DNA of 64,000 bases from positions 29,824,001 to 29,888,000 of the forward strand of contig CM059433.1 in NCBI GenBank assembly GCA_030390025.1, written 5' to 3'. Position 1 is the first letter of the stretch. Every line of letters starts with the position of its first letter. Shown one piece after another: positions 36,918 to 48,391 of this stretch. Position numbers and translations under genes: made by a program. A model generated the notes under the pieces. That model saw only the letters and a program-made list of their open reading frames with translations. It was not told the origin of the DNA and searched no databases. This DNA comes from Squalus acanthias (lineage: Eukaryota).

Positions 36918-38035
36918 CCTGGACAGGTGACCAAATGCTTGGTCAAAGAAGTGGGTTTTAAGGAGGTGAGGCAAGTGGAGAGACAGAGGGGCTTAGGGAG
37001 GGAATTCCAGAGAGAGGGACCTCAGTGGCAGAAGGCAATGGCGGGGCAAAGATGGACAAGCAGAGTCAGAGGAATGGAGATTTTGGGGTTGGGGGGGTTG
37101 TAGGGTTGTAGGAAGTTACAGAGATAGGGGGCTAGAAATTTGGTATCGTCCCAGTTGGGGCGCTAACTTTTGAGAAGTTGAATGTTTAGCGCCAGGCGCT
37201 AATCAATCTTGCTGCCCGCTAAATTCAATCTCAGCGCTCAAAGAATGCAGGGGCGCTAAATCAGGCACTAATGGCGTAGGTGAGTGGCGTTAGGCTCCAA
37301 GCAATACCGAATAACAGGTGTGTGTAATCGGGAGTGACCAACATGCCAAATTTCTCCCCCAGGCAGGGGTGAAACCATGGAGGAATTGAAACACAAGGAT
37401 GAGAATTTTAAATTTGAGGAATTGGGGAATCAGGAGCCAGTGTAGCTCAGCGAGGAGTAGGACTGATGGGCGAGCGAGATTTGGTGTGGGATAGGATACA
37501 GGCAGCAGCGTTTTTGAAGGAGGAGCTGAAGTTTATTGATGGTGGAGGATGGGAGGGCGGCTAGGAGACCATTGGAATATTCGTGTCTGGAGGTGACAAT
37601 GGTAAATATGAGGGTTTCAGTTGAAATTGGGCTTATGAGGAGGTGGAAGTAGGCAGTCTTTGTGATGGAGAGGATCTGGGGTTGGAAACTTAGCTCAGGA
37701 CGCCAAGGTTGAAAGCACTCTGGGTCAGCCCAAGACAACAGTCAGTTTCAGGGGTGGAGTTGGTGGCAAGGGTAGAGAGTTTTTTGGTAAAGTGAAAGAC
37801 AATGGTTCCAGTCTTCCCAATGCTTAGCTGGTTGAAGTTACAGCTCACCCAAGACTGGATTTCAGACGAGCAGTCAGACAGCACAGAGGCAATGGAGAGG
37901 TGGTGGAGCAGTTAAACTGGGTGTCTTCAACGTACATATGGAAGCTGACGCCATGTCAGTGGATGATGTAGTCACAGGGCAGTAAGTAATTGAGGAAGGA
38001 AAGGGGGCCAAGGATAGATCCTTAGGGGACTCCAG
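36918..38035 (-). mobile_element. L2 LINE fragment (RT region to near 3' end), interrupted by a MITE
   Basis: Minus-strand remnants LSDCSSEIQSW...LSIGKT, ETLIFTIVTSRHEYSNGLLAALP and gagtcccctaaggatctatccttggcccc (GVPQGSILGP-like). Confidence 0.85.
37129..37360 (+). mobile_element. 232-bp Harbinger-like MITE inserted in L2
   Basis: TIRs GGGCTAGAAATTTGG / CCAAATTTCTCCCCC; TSD AGG; removal restores L2 gagatAGGcagggg. Confidence 0.88.
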
Positions 38036-38184
38036 AGAAGAGACAGATCAGCCCATGAAGACCACTACCTCCAAATAAACCATGTATGATTTGTACTATT
38101 GTGGTTTTTGCCAACTTAATCAGCTGAGTTGAGTAACTGGCGGTAAAACTGCCAAAAAGATAAAAATTTGTGTAGTCTCTTCCT

Positions 38185-38381
38185 GTGTCAGCTGTGGCTC
38201 AGTGGGTAGCACTCTCGCTCTCTGAGTCAGAAGGTTGTGGGTTCAAATCCCACCCCAGAGACTTGAGCATAAAATCTAGGCTGACAATCTAGTGCAATGC
38301 TGAGGGAGTGCTGCACTGTCGGAGGTGCTGTCTTTCGGATGAGTCGTTAAACTGAGTTCCCGTCAACTCTCTCAGGTGGAT
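38185..38381 (+). mobile_element. Deu-SINE 5' half
   Basis: A-box TGGCTCAGTGG and B-box GGTTCAAATCC. Confidence 0.85.
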
Positions 38382-38466
38382 TTCGATGGGTCAGGGAACA
38401 GAAGGGTGGTGAGCTGGACTTGGTGCAGGACAGGACACGGTCAGCAGAATTTTAGATAAGTTATGG

Positions 38467-39384
38467 GGGTCTGTCCTGGGTCCCCAGCTGTTCACAATTT
38501 ACATTAATGACCTGGATCAGGGAGTCGGATGCAGCATTTCCAAATTTGCAGACGACACTAAACTAGGAGGGGGGGTGGGCTCAGAGGAGGAGACCAGGAA
38601 GCTCCAGAGCGATTTGGACAGACTGGGTGATTGGGCGGATAAATGGCAGATGCACTATAATGTGGACAAGTGCGAAGTTATCCACCTTGGGTGCAGGAAC
38701 GGGAGGGCAAATTATTATTTAAATGGCAATAAATTGGGAGAGGGGGAAGTACAGAGAGACCTGGGTGTTCTTGTACACCAGTCACTGAAGGCGAGCATGC
38801 AGGTGCAACAGGCGATCAAGAAGGCAAACGGTATGCTGGCCTTCATAGCAAAAGGGTTGGAATACAGGAACAGGGATACCTTGCTGCAGCTGTACAGGGC
38901 ACTGGTGAGACCACACCTCGAGTACTGTGTACAGTTTTGGTCGCCTCATCTGAGGAAAGATGTTCTTGCCATGGAGGGGGTGCAGCGGCGATTCACCAGG
39001 CTGATACCAGGAATGGCGGGATTGACCTATGAGGAGAGACTATGTAGTTTAGGGATGTACACACTGGAGTTTAGAAGATTGAGAGGGGACCTCATAGAAG
39101 TGTATAAAATTCTGACAGGTCTAGACAGACTAGATGCAGAAGGGATGTTTCCCTTGGCGGGTGAGAACAGAACTAGAGGACATAATTTAAGGATAAGGGC
39201 TAAACCATTTAGGACAGAAATGAGGGGGAATTTCTTCACTCAGAGGGTGGTGAACCTGTGGAACTCATTGCCACAGAGGGCAGTGTACGCCAGCTCATTA
39301 AATATATTTAAGAGGGAATTAGATATATTTCTACAGGCAAAAGGGGTTAAGGGTTACGGAGAGAAGGCGGGGACGGGATACTGA
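38467..39384 (+). CDS. CR1 ORF2 reverse transcriptase, C-terminal part (no start codon; truncated retrocopy)
   Basis: Open frame GSVLGPQLFTIYINDL...SKFADDTKLGG...LVRPHLEYCVQFWSP...LRGDLIEVYKI...FFTQRVVNLWNSLP. Confidence 0.92.
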   Translation, partial: GSVLGPQLFTIYINDLDQGVGCSISKFADDTKLGGGVGSEEETRKLQSDLDRLGDWADKWQMHYNVDKCEVIHLGCRNGRANYYLNGNKLGEGEVQRDLGVLVHQSLKASMQVQQAIKKANGMLAFIAKGLEYRNRDTLLQLYRALVRPHLEYCVQFWSPHLRKDVLAMEGVQRRFTRLIPGMAGLTYEERLCSLGMYTLEFRRLRGDLIEVYKILTGLDRLDAEGMFPLAGENRTRGHNLRIRAKPFRTEMRGNFFTQRVVNLWNSLPQRAVYASSLNIFKRELDIFLQAKGVKGYGEKAGTGY

Positions 39385-39484
39385 ATTGGAGGATCAGCCA
39401 TGATCTCATTAAATGGCGGAGCAGGCTCGAAGGGCCGGATGGCCTACTCCTGCTCCTATCTTCTATGTATCTATGTATCTATGT
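38467..39484 (+). mobile_element. Young 5'-truncated CR1 LINE inserted in an L2 fragment
   Basis: Apparent TSD TTATGG (38461-38466 / 39485-39490); tail ctatgtatctatgtatctatg; uninterrupted ORF. Confidence 0.93.
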
Positions 39485-40754
39485 TTATGGTGGATGAGAG
39501 GCCAGCCAGGAATGCATGGAATAGTAGGGGGAATTTTTTGGTGCTTCGGTGGAGGGTCGGGTGGGAAAAAAAATTTTGACAGTGTGGAGGGACCAGGCTG
39601 AACGATCGCGGTCGGCACCCCGCATACAAAAGCGAAAGTGGGCAGGTGCTGGCAGTCGGTCAAAATAAAAATGGCCGCCCTACACCTGCCCTTTAAGTAG
39701 CGCCGCCGCCGCTGCCAAACCGCCCCCTGATCCTGTCGCACATATCGTGCGCCGATAGGTCAGGGGGCGCAAGGGAAGTTTACGGCCAGCGGCGCAGGGC
39801 GCTACCGGGTACCGCCGCCACTAACCTCCCGCTGAATTTCATGGGAGGCATTAGTGGCGTTGCGCCCGGGTGCTTGGGGATTTGCACCGCGTTAGCGACC
39901 CCCAGGGGCACTAATGAGAGGCGCAAACCAACCCAATTTTTCCCCCATTGAGTTTTATGCAGCTTGCAAGTGTTTGGAGCAAACTCTCTATCTAGTGTCA
40001 CCTCATTGGAAAAACCTCTCTCACCATTGACAGATTGCTTCTGTCATCTCAACCTCAACTGCCATCTATTCCACCTCACCTTGGTCCTCAGAATCCCACC
40101 ACGATCAGCCCCAACATCAGCAACACTAGGCACACAGCATCACTAACAACAACACCAACCTTCTCTGCAATCACCTGATGCTGTACAGGACACAGGGCAT
40201 CAGCACCCAATGACATTGCTGCTCAGGACGCCAGGGATGGCCTCACCATGGCCAGATTTACTTCACTTGACGCTGTACACCCGGGCTGTCACATTATGCA
40301 CCAGGTTGGCACCACCCCACACCAACACCATAAAGCATCCCTACAATGCCCAAGCCATTCCTTTCACACTCATGACCATTGCGGGGGTACCGTTATGTCT
40401 CACCATTCACTGCAACTCACTAAGCCACTTCCAAAGGTGCACAAAAATCTGTCCAAGAATGCAAAGTATTGAAAATAAAGGTTTCAATGTTTGACACCAC
40501 ATTAACAGAAACTTCACATGAACATTGCATAAAACACCCAAGTGCCTACCCTTGTGTGTTGTTAGTTGGTATGATTTGACTAGGATGAGGGTGAGTGTGA
40601 GGGGTGGCTAGTGAGATGGGGAAGTGATAATGTAGATAGAGAGGGATGGGTGGAGGTGCAAGGTAAGTTGGTGTGAGTAAGGTTGTGCAGGAGTAGGGAA
40701 GGGAAGGCAGAGTGATGAGGATGTGATGAGTGGCACAGTGGGATGAGGTTGAGA

Positions 40755-40868
40755 TAGAAACAGAAAATGCTGGAAATACTCAGCAGGTCAGGCAGCATCT
40801 GTAGAGAGAGAAACAGAGTTAACATTTCAGGTCAATGACCCTTCATCAGAACGGCCTGAAACGTTAAC
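40755..40868 (-). mobile_element. Penelope-like element terminal repeat with a short inverted partner
   Basis: aaacagaaaatgctggaaatactcagcaggtcaggcagcatctgt...; absent from Harbinger copy 1; followed by inverted ggcctgaaacgttaac. Confidence 0.8.
40818..40852 (-). ncRNA. Minimal type-I hammerhead ribozyme motif (Penelope-associated)
   Basis: Minus strand GUU-CUGAUGA-A-GGGUC-AUU-GACCU-GAAA-UGUU-AAC: core boxes, helix II and short helix I. Confidence 0.65.
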
Positions 40869-40869
40869 C

Positions 40870-41012
40870 ACTGGGATCATTGAGAGGTTTGCGCTACTGT
40901 AGCCTAGTACTCCTGACGACATCCCATTTGTGTCCTCCTGTGCAATGTGCAACCAGGCTGCGTTGGTCTCCTGGGGAGGTCTCTTCCGCCCATGGGAAGG
41001 GAAGAGGACCTC
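40870..41012 (-). pseudogene. Harbinger Myb/SANT exon remnant, copy 2
   Basis: EVLFPSHGRKRPPQETNAAWLHIAQED/..DVVRSTRLQ*RKPLND. Confidence 0.8.
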
Positions 41013-41264
41013 CCTGCATGCTGTGACAGCGCAAATGTCAAAATCAATTTGCGCATGGTCCCTTTAAGGAAACCGGCTGATGATGCGTCATCAAATGACA
41101 TCATCAGACCCGCTTCAATTGGCCGGCAAACTCGCTGGCCGGGCTTAACAAGTCCAATCAACGTAAAATCATTCTACAGAGCGGGCTGGAGCCAGCAGCG
41201 GGGTCGGGACCCACCACCGACGTCGCCCGCCCTGGACCCGCCGAGGTTGGGGAAAACGTGGCCC

Positions 41265-41672
41265 TAGAGTCTGGAGGTGACAGGAGCATGGATGAGGGTT
41301 TCATCAGCAGATGGGCTGAGGCAGAGGAGTAGGTGATGTGACAGAGGTGGAACAGGCAGTTTTTGTGGTGGAGACGATGTGGGGTCGGAAGGTTAGCTCG
41401 GGGTCAGATAGAATGCCACGGTTGCAAACAGTCTGGTTCAACCTAAAAGAGTGGTCAGGCAGGGGGCGGCAAGGGTACAGAGTTTGATATCTTTGGTCTT
41501 CCCAATAGAGGAGACTGTGGCTCATCCAGGACTAGATGTCGGACAAGCAGTGTGACAGCACAGAGGCAGTGGAGAGGTCGAGACAGATGGTGGACAGGTA
41601 GTGCTGGTGGTTGTCAGCGTAAATGGGAAAGATAACCCCATGTCTGAGGATCATGTCACCAAGCGGCCGTAT
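41265..41672 (-). mobile_element. L2 fragment (continuation of 38385-38466 and 39485-39527)
   Basis: RLNQTVCNRGILSDPELTFRPHIVSTTKTA is the L2 ORF2 motif; collinear with 37580-37970. Confidence 0.8.
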
Positions 41673-41820
41673 GTAGAAATAAAAACAAAATTTTGGAAAA
41701 GTACAGCAGCAACAAAAACAACTGGCATTTATATAGTGCCTTCAACAAGTGTGATGGGTGAACTGGATGTGCTGCTGGTTAGGATACGGGCAGCAGTTCA
41801 CTTGACATCTAAAAGTTGAA

Positions 41821-41925
41821 TAGGTAAATGTTTCAGATGGAATCTTTCGTCAGATCTCATGAAGGATCACATCCAAAATGCTAACCTCTCTTTCAGATGC
41901 TAACCCAGTAGCTATGTTTTTACTT
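41821..41925. mobile_element. Degenerate inverted pair of Penelope-like termini with a hammerhead core on the minus strand
   Basis: Minus strand CUGACGA-A-AGAU-UCC-AUCU-GAAA-CAUU; decayed plus-strand mirror ctcatgaaggatcacatccaaaatgctaac. Confidence 0.55.
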
Positions 41926-41946
41926 TAGTCTCTACGTCTGTTTTAT

Positions 41947-42395
41947 AGCACTCTCGTCTCTGAGTCAGAAGGTTGTGGATTCAAGTCCCACTCCAGAGAA
42001 TTCAGCACTTAATCTAGGATGAAACTCCAGTGCAGTACTGAAGGAACGCTGCACTGTCGGAGGTGCCGTCTTTCAAATGAGTTGTTAAACTGAGGCCCCG
42101 CCTGCCCTCTCAGACGGAGGTAAAAGGTCCCATGACGACTATTTCGAAGAAGAGCAGGGGAGTTCTCCCCGGTGTCCTGGGCAATATTTATCCCTCAAAC
42201 AATATCATTAAAAAACAGATTATCTGATAATTATGACATTGCCATTTGTGGGAGCATGCTGTGCACAAATTGGCTGCTGATTTCCTACATTAAAACAGTG
42301 ACTAAACTTCAAAAATGCTTCAATGGCTGTAAAACACTTTGGGATGTCCTGCGGTCAGGAAAGGCACTATATAAATGCAAATTATTTCTTTCTTT
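41947..42395 (+). mobile_element. Deu-SINE, near full length
   Basis: Matches 9733-10200. Confidence 0.88.
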
Positions 42396-45284
42396 CTCAT
42401 GTACCTACTTTACTATTCTATTTACAGTAAATCAGCGCCACCATGTTCCTACAGAATGCACAATGGAAGCATCAGTCACATTCTCATCCTCTCCATTTTC
42501 CTTTTCCTTGGCAACTACATGCATATTTGCTCTAAATACTGCCTTGTAGGCAGATGGGAAAGACTCTGCTTGCTGCTGGTGTCTGTCCTGTAACAAGCAG
42601 TCACTGTCCTATTATTGTCCCATAGAGAAGCTGTCACTTCCATGATTATGTCGCAGTGCTGCCCTCTAGTTATAGTTGGATTTCTAATCTTCGTCTACAA
42701 GGCAACCTCTGTTCATTGACTAATAGCTTACAGTTGTATCGCCTCTTGATGCAAGTAGTCAGTTTATATTTATTCGAAGCTTGCTGCAGCTCAGTTGACC
42801 TGCTGTGCTCGCATTACCTGGAGAACAGAGAATAACACAACGTCCCTCACACTAATAAAGGCAAATAAAATATACCGCAACACAGAAATATTCCACAACA
42901 CAGAATTATAACACAACACAGAAATATACAACACCAAAATATACAAAAACACAGAAATATACAACAAGGAAATATACCAACACACAAAAATGTACAACAC
43001 AGAAATATACCACAATAGAGAAATATACAACACAGAAATATACAACAGCACAGAAATATACAACAGCACACAAATATACAACACAGAAATTTACCATAAC
43101 ACAGAATTATACCACAACAGTGAAATATACCACAACACAGAAATATAACACAACACAAAAATATACAACAATACAAAAATATACAACACAGAAATATACA
43201 ACACAGAAATATACAACACAGAAATATACCACAACACAGAAATATACAACACAACACAGAAATATACAACAGGACAGAAATATACAACACAGAAATATAC
43301 AACAACACAGATATATACAACACAGAAATATAACACAACACAGAATAATACAACACAGAAATATACCACAACACAGAAATATACAACAGCACAGAAATAT
43401 ACAACAGCACAGAAATATACAACACAGAAATATACCATAACACAGAAATATACCACAACACAGAAAAATACCATAACACATAAATATACCACAACACTGA
43501 AATATACCACAACACAGACATATACAACACAGAAATATACAACACAGAAATATACCACAGCACTGAAATATACAACACAGAAATATACAACAACACATAA
43601 ATATACCACAGCACAGAAATATATACAAAACAGAAATATACCACAACACAGAAATATACAACAGCACAGAAATATAGAAAAACATAGAAATATAAAGCAC
43701 AGAAATATATAACACAGAAATATACAACACAGAAATATATAACAGCACAGAAATATACAACACAGAAATATAGCACAACAAAGGAATATACACAACATAG
43801 AAATATACAACACAGAAATATTCCATAACACAGAAATATACAACAGCACAGAAATATACAACACAGAAATATACAACACAGAAATATACCACAGCACTGA
43901 AATATACAACACAGAAATATACAACAACACAGAAATATACCACAGCACAGAAATATATACAAAACAGAAATATACCACAACACAGAAATATACAACAGCA
44001 TAGAAATATAGAAAAACATAGAAATATAAAGCACTGAAATATATAACACAGAAATATACAACACAGAAATATATAACAGCACAGAAATATACAACACAGA
44101 AATATAGCACAACAAAGGAATATACACAACATAGAAATATACAACACAGAAATATTCCATAACACAGAAATATACAACAGCACAGAAATATACAACAGCA
44201 CAGAAATATAAAGCACGGAAATATATAACACAGAAATATACAACACAGAAATATATAACAGCACAGAAATATACAACACAGAAATATAGCACAACAAAGA
44301 AATATACACAACATAGAAATATACAACACAGAAATATTCCATAACACAGAAATATACAACAGCACAGAAATATACAACAGCACAGAAATATACAACACAG
44401 AAATATACCATAACACAGAAATATACCACAACACAGAATAATACCATAACACAGAAATATACAACAACATAGAAATGTACAACAACTCAGAAATGTACAA
44501 CACAGAAATATACAACAACACAGAAATATATACAAAACAGAAATATACCACAACACAGAAATATACAACAAGGAAATATACCATAACACAGAAATATACA
44601 ACACAACACAGAAATATACAACAGCACAGAAATATACAACAACACAGAGAAATACAACAACACAGAAATATGCAACACAGAAATATACAACAACACAGAA
44701 ATATACCACAACACAGAAATATACCAACACACAGAAATATACAACATGGAAAAATAACAACACACAGAAATATACAACACACAAATATACAACAACACAG
44801 AAAAATAACACATAACAGAAATATTCAACAAAGAAATTACCACAACACAGAAATATACAACAACACAGAAATATACAATATAACAGAATCATTCAATACA
44901 GCAATCAGAAATATACCACAAAACAGAAATATACAACAACACAGAAATTACCACAACACAGAAATATACAACACAGAAATATACCCACACACAGAAATAT
45001 ACAGCAACACAGAAATAATCAACACTGAAATATACAACACTGAAATATACCAACACACAGAAATATACAACAGAGAAATATACCAAAACACAGAAATATA
45101 CAACACAGAAATATACATCACAAAAATATACCAACACACAGAAATATACAACACAGAAACATACAACAACACAGAAATATACAATATAACAGAAGCACTC
45201 AACACAGAAATATACCAACACACAGAAATATACAACACAGAAATATACCAACACACAGAAATATACAACACAGAAATATACAAT

Positions 45285-46025
45285 GGGCCAAAAATTCATC
45301 CTGGTGCGCGAGAGTACGCACTGCGTACTCTCGCGTATTCCCTCTGCAATTGCCAGTTTTCTGCATGCCCTGCGCATGCGCTGAAAACCGGCAATTGCTC
45401 TTTTGAAAAGGGGGCGGTTCCTCGGTGCATCGCGTGCGCGCTACAGGCTGCGCGCACACTGTGCACTTCATGCTTTGGACGCGCAGGTAAGTACTGAAGA
45501 TTTTAGAAATGGAAAAAGGAGGAGTAAGACCCACTTTTAACAAGGTAAGTAGTGAATTAAGTATTTTTTTGAATTTTTTTTAACAGGTATATCTTTTTTA
45601 GAGACTTTAAAGATAGGTAAGTTTATTTTTATAACTTTTTAAAAGAATTTAAATTTTTTCAAAAATTTAATTTTTTATTTAAAATGGTTAATTTATTTAA
45701 CTATACTTATTTTATTAATGTGATGGTTTTTTTATATTTAATTGAGGTTTAGCTGTTATTTTGGGGGCGTGTAAGATTCATAGATTTCACAGCACGTATG
45801 TGAAACTTATGAATGGAAGATGGTGTGCTGCAATTGGCTCTAACTGAGTCACGTGATCCCACAGCTCGCACGAATTCACTACGCCGGTGGGATACGCAAG
45901 CACTGCCCGGCTGATGTCTGGAACATCAAGTTCGTGCGAGCTGGATCTGAAAAAGCACAAGCGGAGTGAGAGATCGCGGGGAAGGCTTACCCCCGCGGGA
46001 ACAGAGCGAGATCAATTTCTGGGCC
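45285..46025 (+). mobile_element. Harbinger-like MITE (family C) inserted in the satellite
   Basis: TIRs GGGCCAAAAATTCATC / GATCAATTTCTGGGCC; flanks AAT / AAA; removal restores atacAATataacagaaacattc. Confidence 0.85.
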
Positions 46026-47547
46026 AAAATAACAGAAACATTCAACAAAGAAATATACCACAACACAGAAATATACCACAAACCAGAAATATTCCAAAAA
46101 ACAGAAATATAAAACAGCACCGAAACATACAACACAGAAATATACAGCAATACAAAAATATATACGACAGAGAAATATACCACAACACAGAAATATACAA
46201 CAGCACAAAAATATACAACAACACAGAAATATATAACACAGAAATATACCACAACACAGAAATATAACACTACACAGAAATATAGCACTTTACAGAAATA
46301 TACAACACAGAAATATACAACAACACAGAAATATATAATATAACAGAAACATTCAACACAGAAATATACAACACAGAAATATATAGCAACACAGAAATAT
46401 ACAGCACCTAAATATAGCAACACGCAGAAATATACAACACAGAAATATACAGAAACACAGAAATATACAACACAGAAATATATAACAGAGAAATTTACCA
46501 ACACACAGAAATATACAACACAGAAATATACCAGAAAACAGAAATATACAACAACACAGAAATTACCACAACACAGAAATATACAATACAGAAATATACA
46601 CCACAAAAATATACCACAACACAGAAATATACACCACAGAAATTTACTACAATACAGAAATATACCACAACACAGAAATATACAACAGCACAGAAATATA
46701 CAACACAGAAATATAACACAACACAGAAATATAACACAACACAGAAATATAACACAACACAGAAATATACAACAGCACAGAAATATACAACACAGAAATA
46801 AACCACAACTCAGAAATATACAACAGAACAAAAATATACAACAACACAGAAATATATAGCACAGAAATATACCACAGCACAGAAATATACAACAACACAG
46901 AAATATACCACAACACAGAAATATACAACAGCACAGAAATATACAACACAGAAATATACCACAACTCAGAAATATACAACAGCACAAAAATATACAACAA
47001 CACAGAAATATATAACACAGAAATATACCACAACACAGAAATATAACACTGCACAGAAATATACCACTTTACAGAAATATACAACACAGAAATATACAAC
47101 AACACAGAAATATATAATATAACAGAAACATTTAACACAGAAATATACAACACAGAAATATATAGCAACACAGAAATATACAGCACCTAAATATACCAAC
47201 ACGCAGAAATATACAACACAGAAATATACAGAAACACAGAAATATACAACACAGAAATATATAACAGAGAAATTTGCCAACACACAGAAATATACAACAC
47301 AGAAATATACCAGAAAACAGAAATATACAACAACACAGAAATTACCACAACACGAAATATACAACACAGAAATATACACCACAAAAATATACCACAACAC
47401 AGAAATATACACCACAGAAATTTACTACAATACAGAAATATACCACAACACAGAAATGTACAACAGCACAGAAATATACAACACAGAAATATAACACAAC
47501 ACAGAAATATAACACAACACAGAAATATACCACAATACAGAAATATA

Positions 47548-48391
47548 GGGCTGGATTTTGTCAATGGGGACGTGATGGAGGCGGGACTCCCACTTTTTGG
47601 GGTGTAGTCCCACCTCCATCGACTTCTGGCCAACTCCCTCAATTTTCCCTTGATTGACCTTGTTGAGCCCGCCCAGCGGGCTCAGCATGCCAATTAAGGG
47701 CCACCCGGCAACAGGTGATGCCACAGATTGACATTTCATCTGTCAAGAGCTTTTGGCAGATGAAATATCAACGTTTGACAGCTCCTTGAAGCTGTCAAAT
47801 ACTGACAATCTGTCCTCTAAGTTAATTCCTTCCTCTCAGGCTGATTTAGAGATCTCTACAGAACAAAAAGCAGAGGCTGCAGCTTTTGACAGCTCAACGG
47901 CCATTCTGCTTTCTGTGCTGGTGAGATGTCTGACTCCCGAGCCCTGAAGGGCTGACACCCGCAGGAGGAAGTTAAGGTAAGTAAAACTTTTTTCCATACT
48001 TTACACTTACCTTACACACTTACCTCTGTACACATGCACCCATCACTCACCTGCCCACCAGACATATCGAACCCTCAAACCCCTGCAGACCCACGGTCTG
48101 CCTTGCTAAAATGGCGTGGTTCGGACCTGTCAGGAAGCCCACACTTCAGGGCTAAAAATGGAGATTAGGCAAAAAACTGCCTGTTAACTACCTGTTAACA
48201 GGCAGTTTATTGACACTAATCCCCATCCCGCCTCGGGGAGGCGGGTCCCAGCACAGGTCGGGTACCTGCCTCCTGTGAAACTGGCACGGAGGCGGGTTGG
48301 AGGCGGGATGGGTTCGGGACCCCCGAATCTGCAATTTTAACCCCCCACATGCCTCCAAACCCGCCTCGACGGGTCAATGAAAATTCTGCCC
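47548..48391 (-). mobile_element. Family A element inserted in the satellite
   Basis: Ends GGGCTGGATTTT / AAAATTCTGCCC; TSD ATA; reverse-complement homolog of 7110-7909. Confidence 0.88.

Larger units (their letters stand above)
39528..41264. mobile_element. Decayed composite Harbinger derivative, copy 2, inserted in L2
   Basis: L2 ggaatagTAG | TAGagtctggagg split with TSD TAG; family-B MITE end at 39946; 40155-41264 collinear with 27970-29071. Confidence 0.75.
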
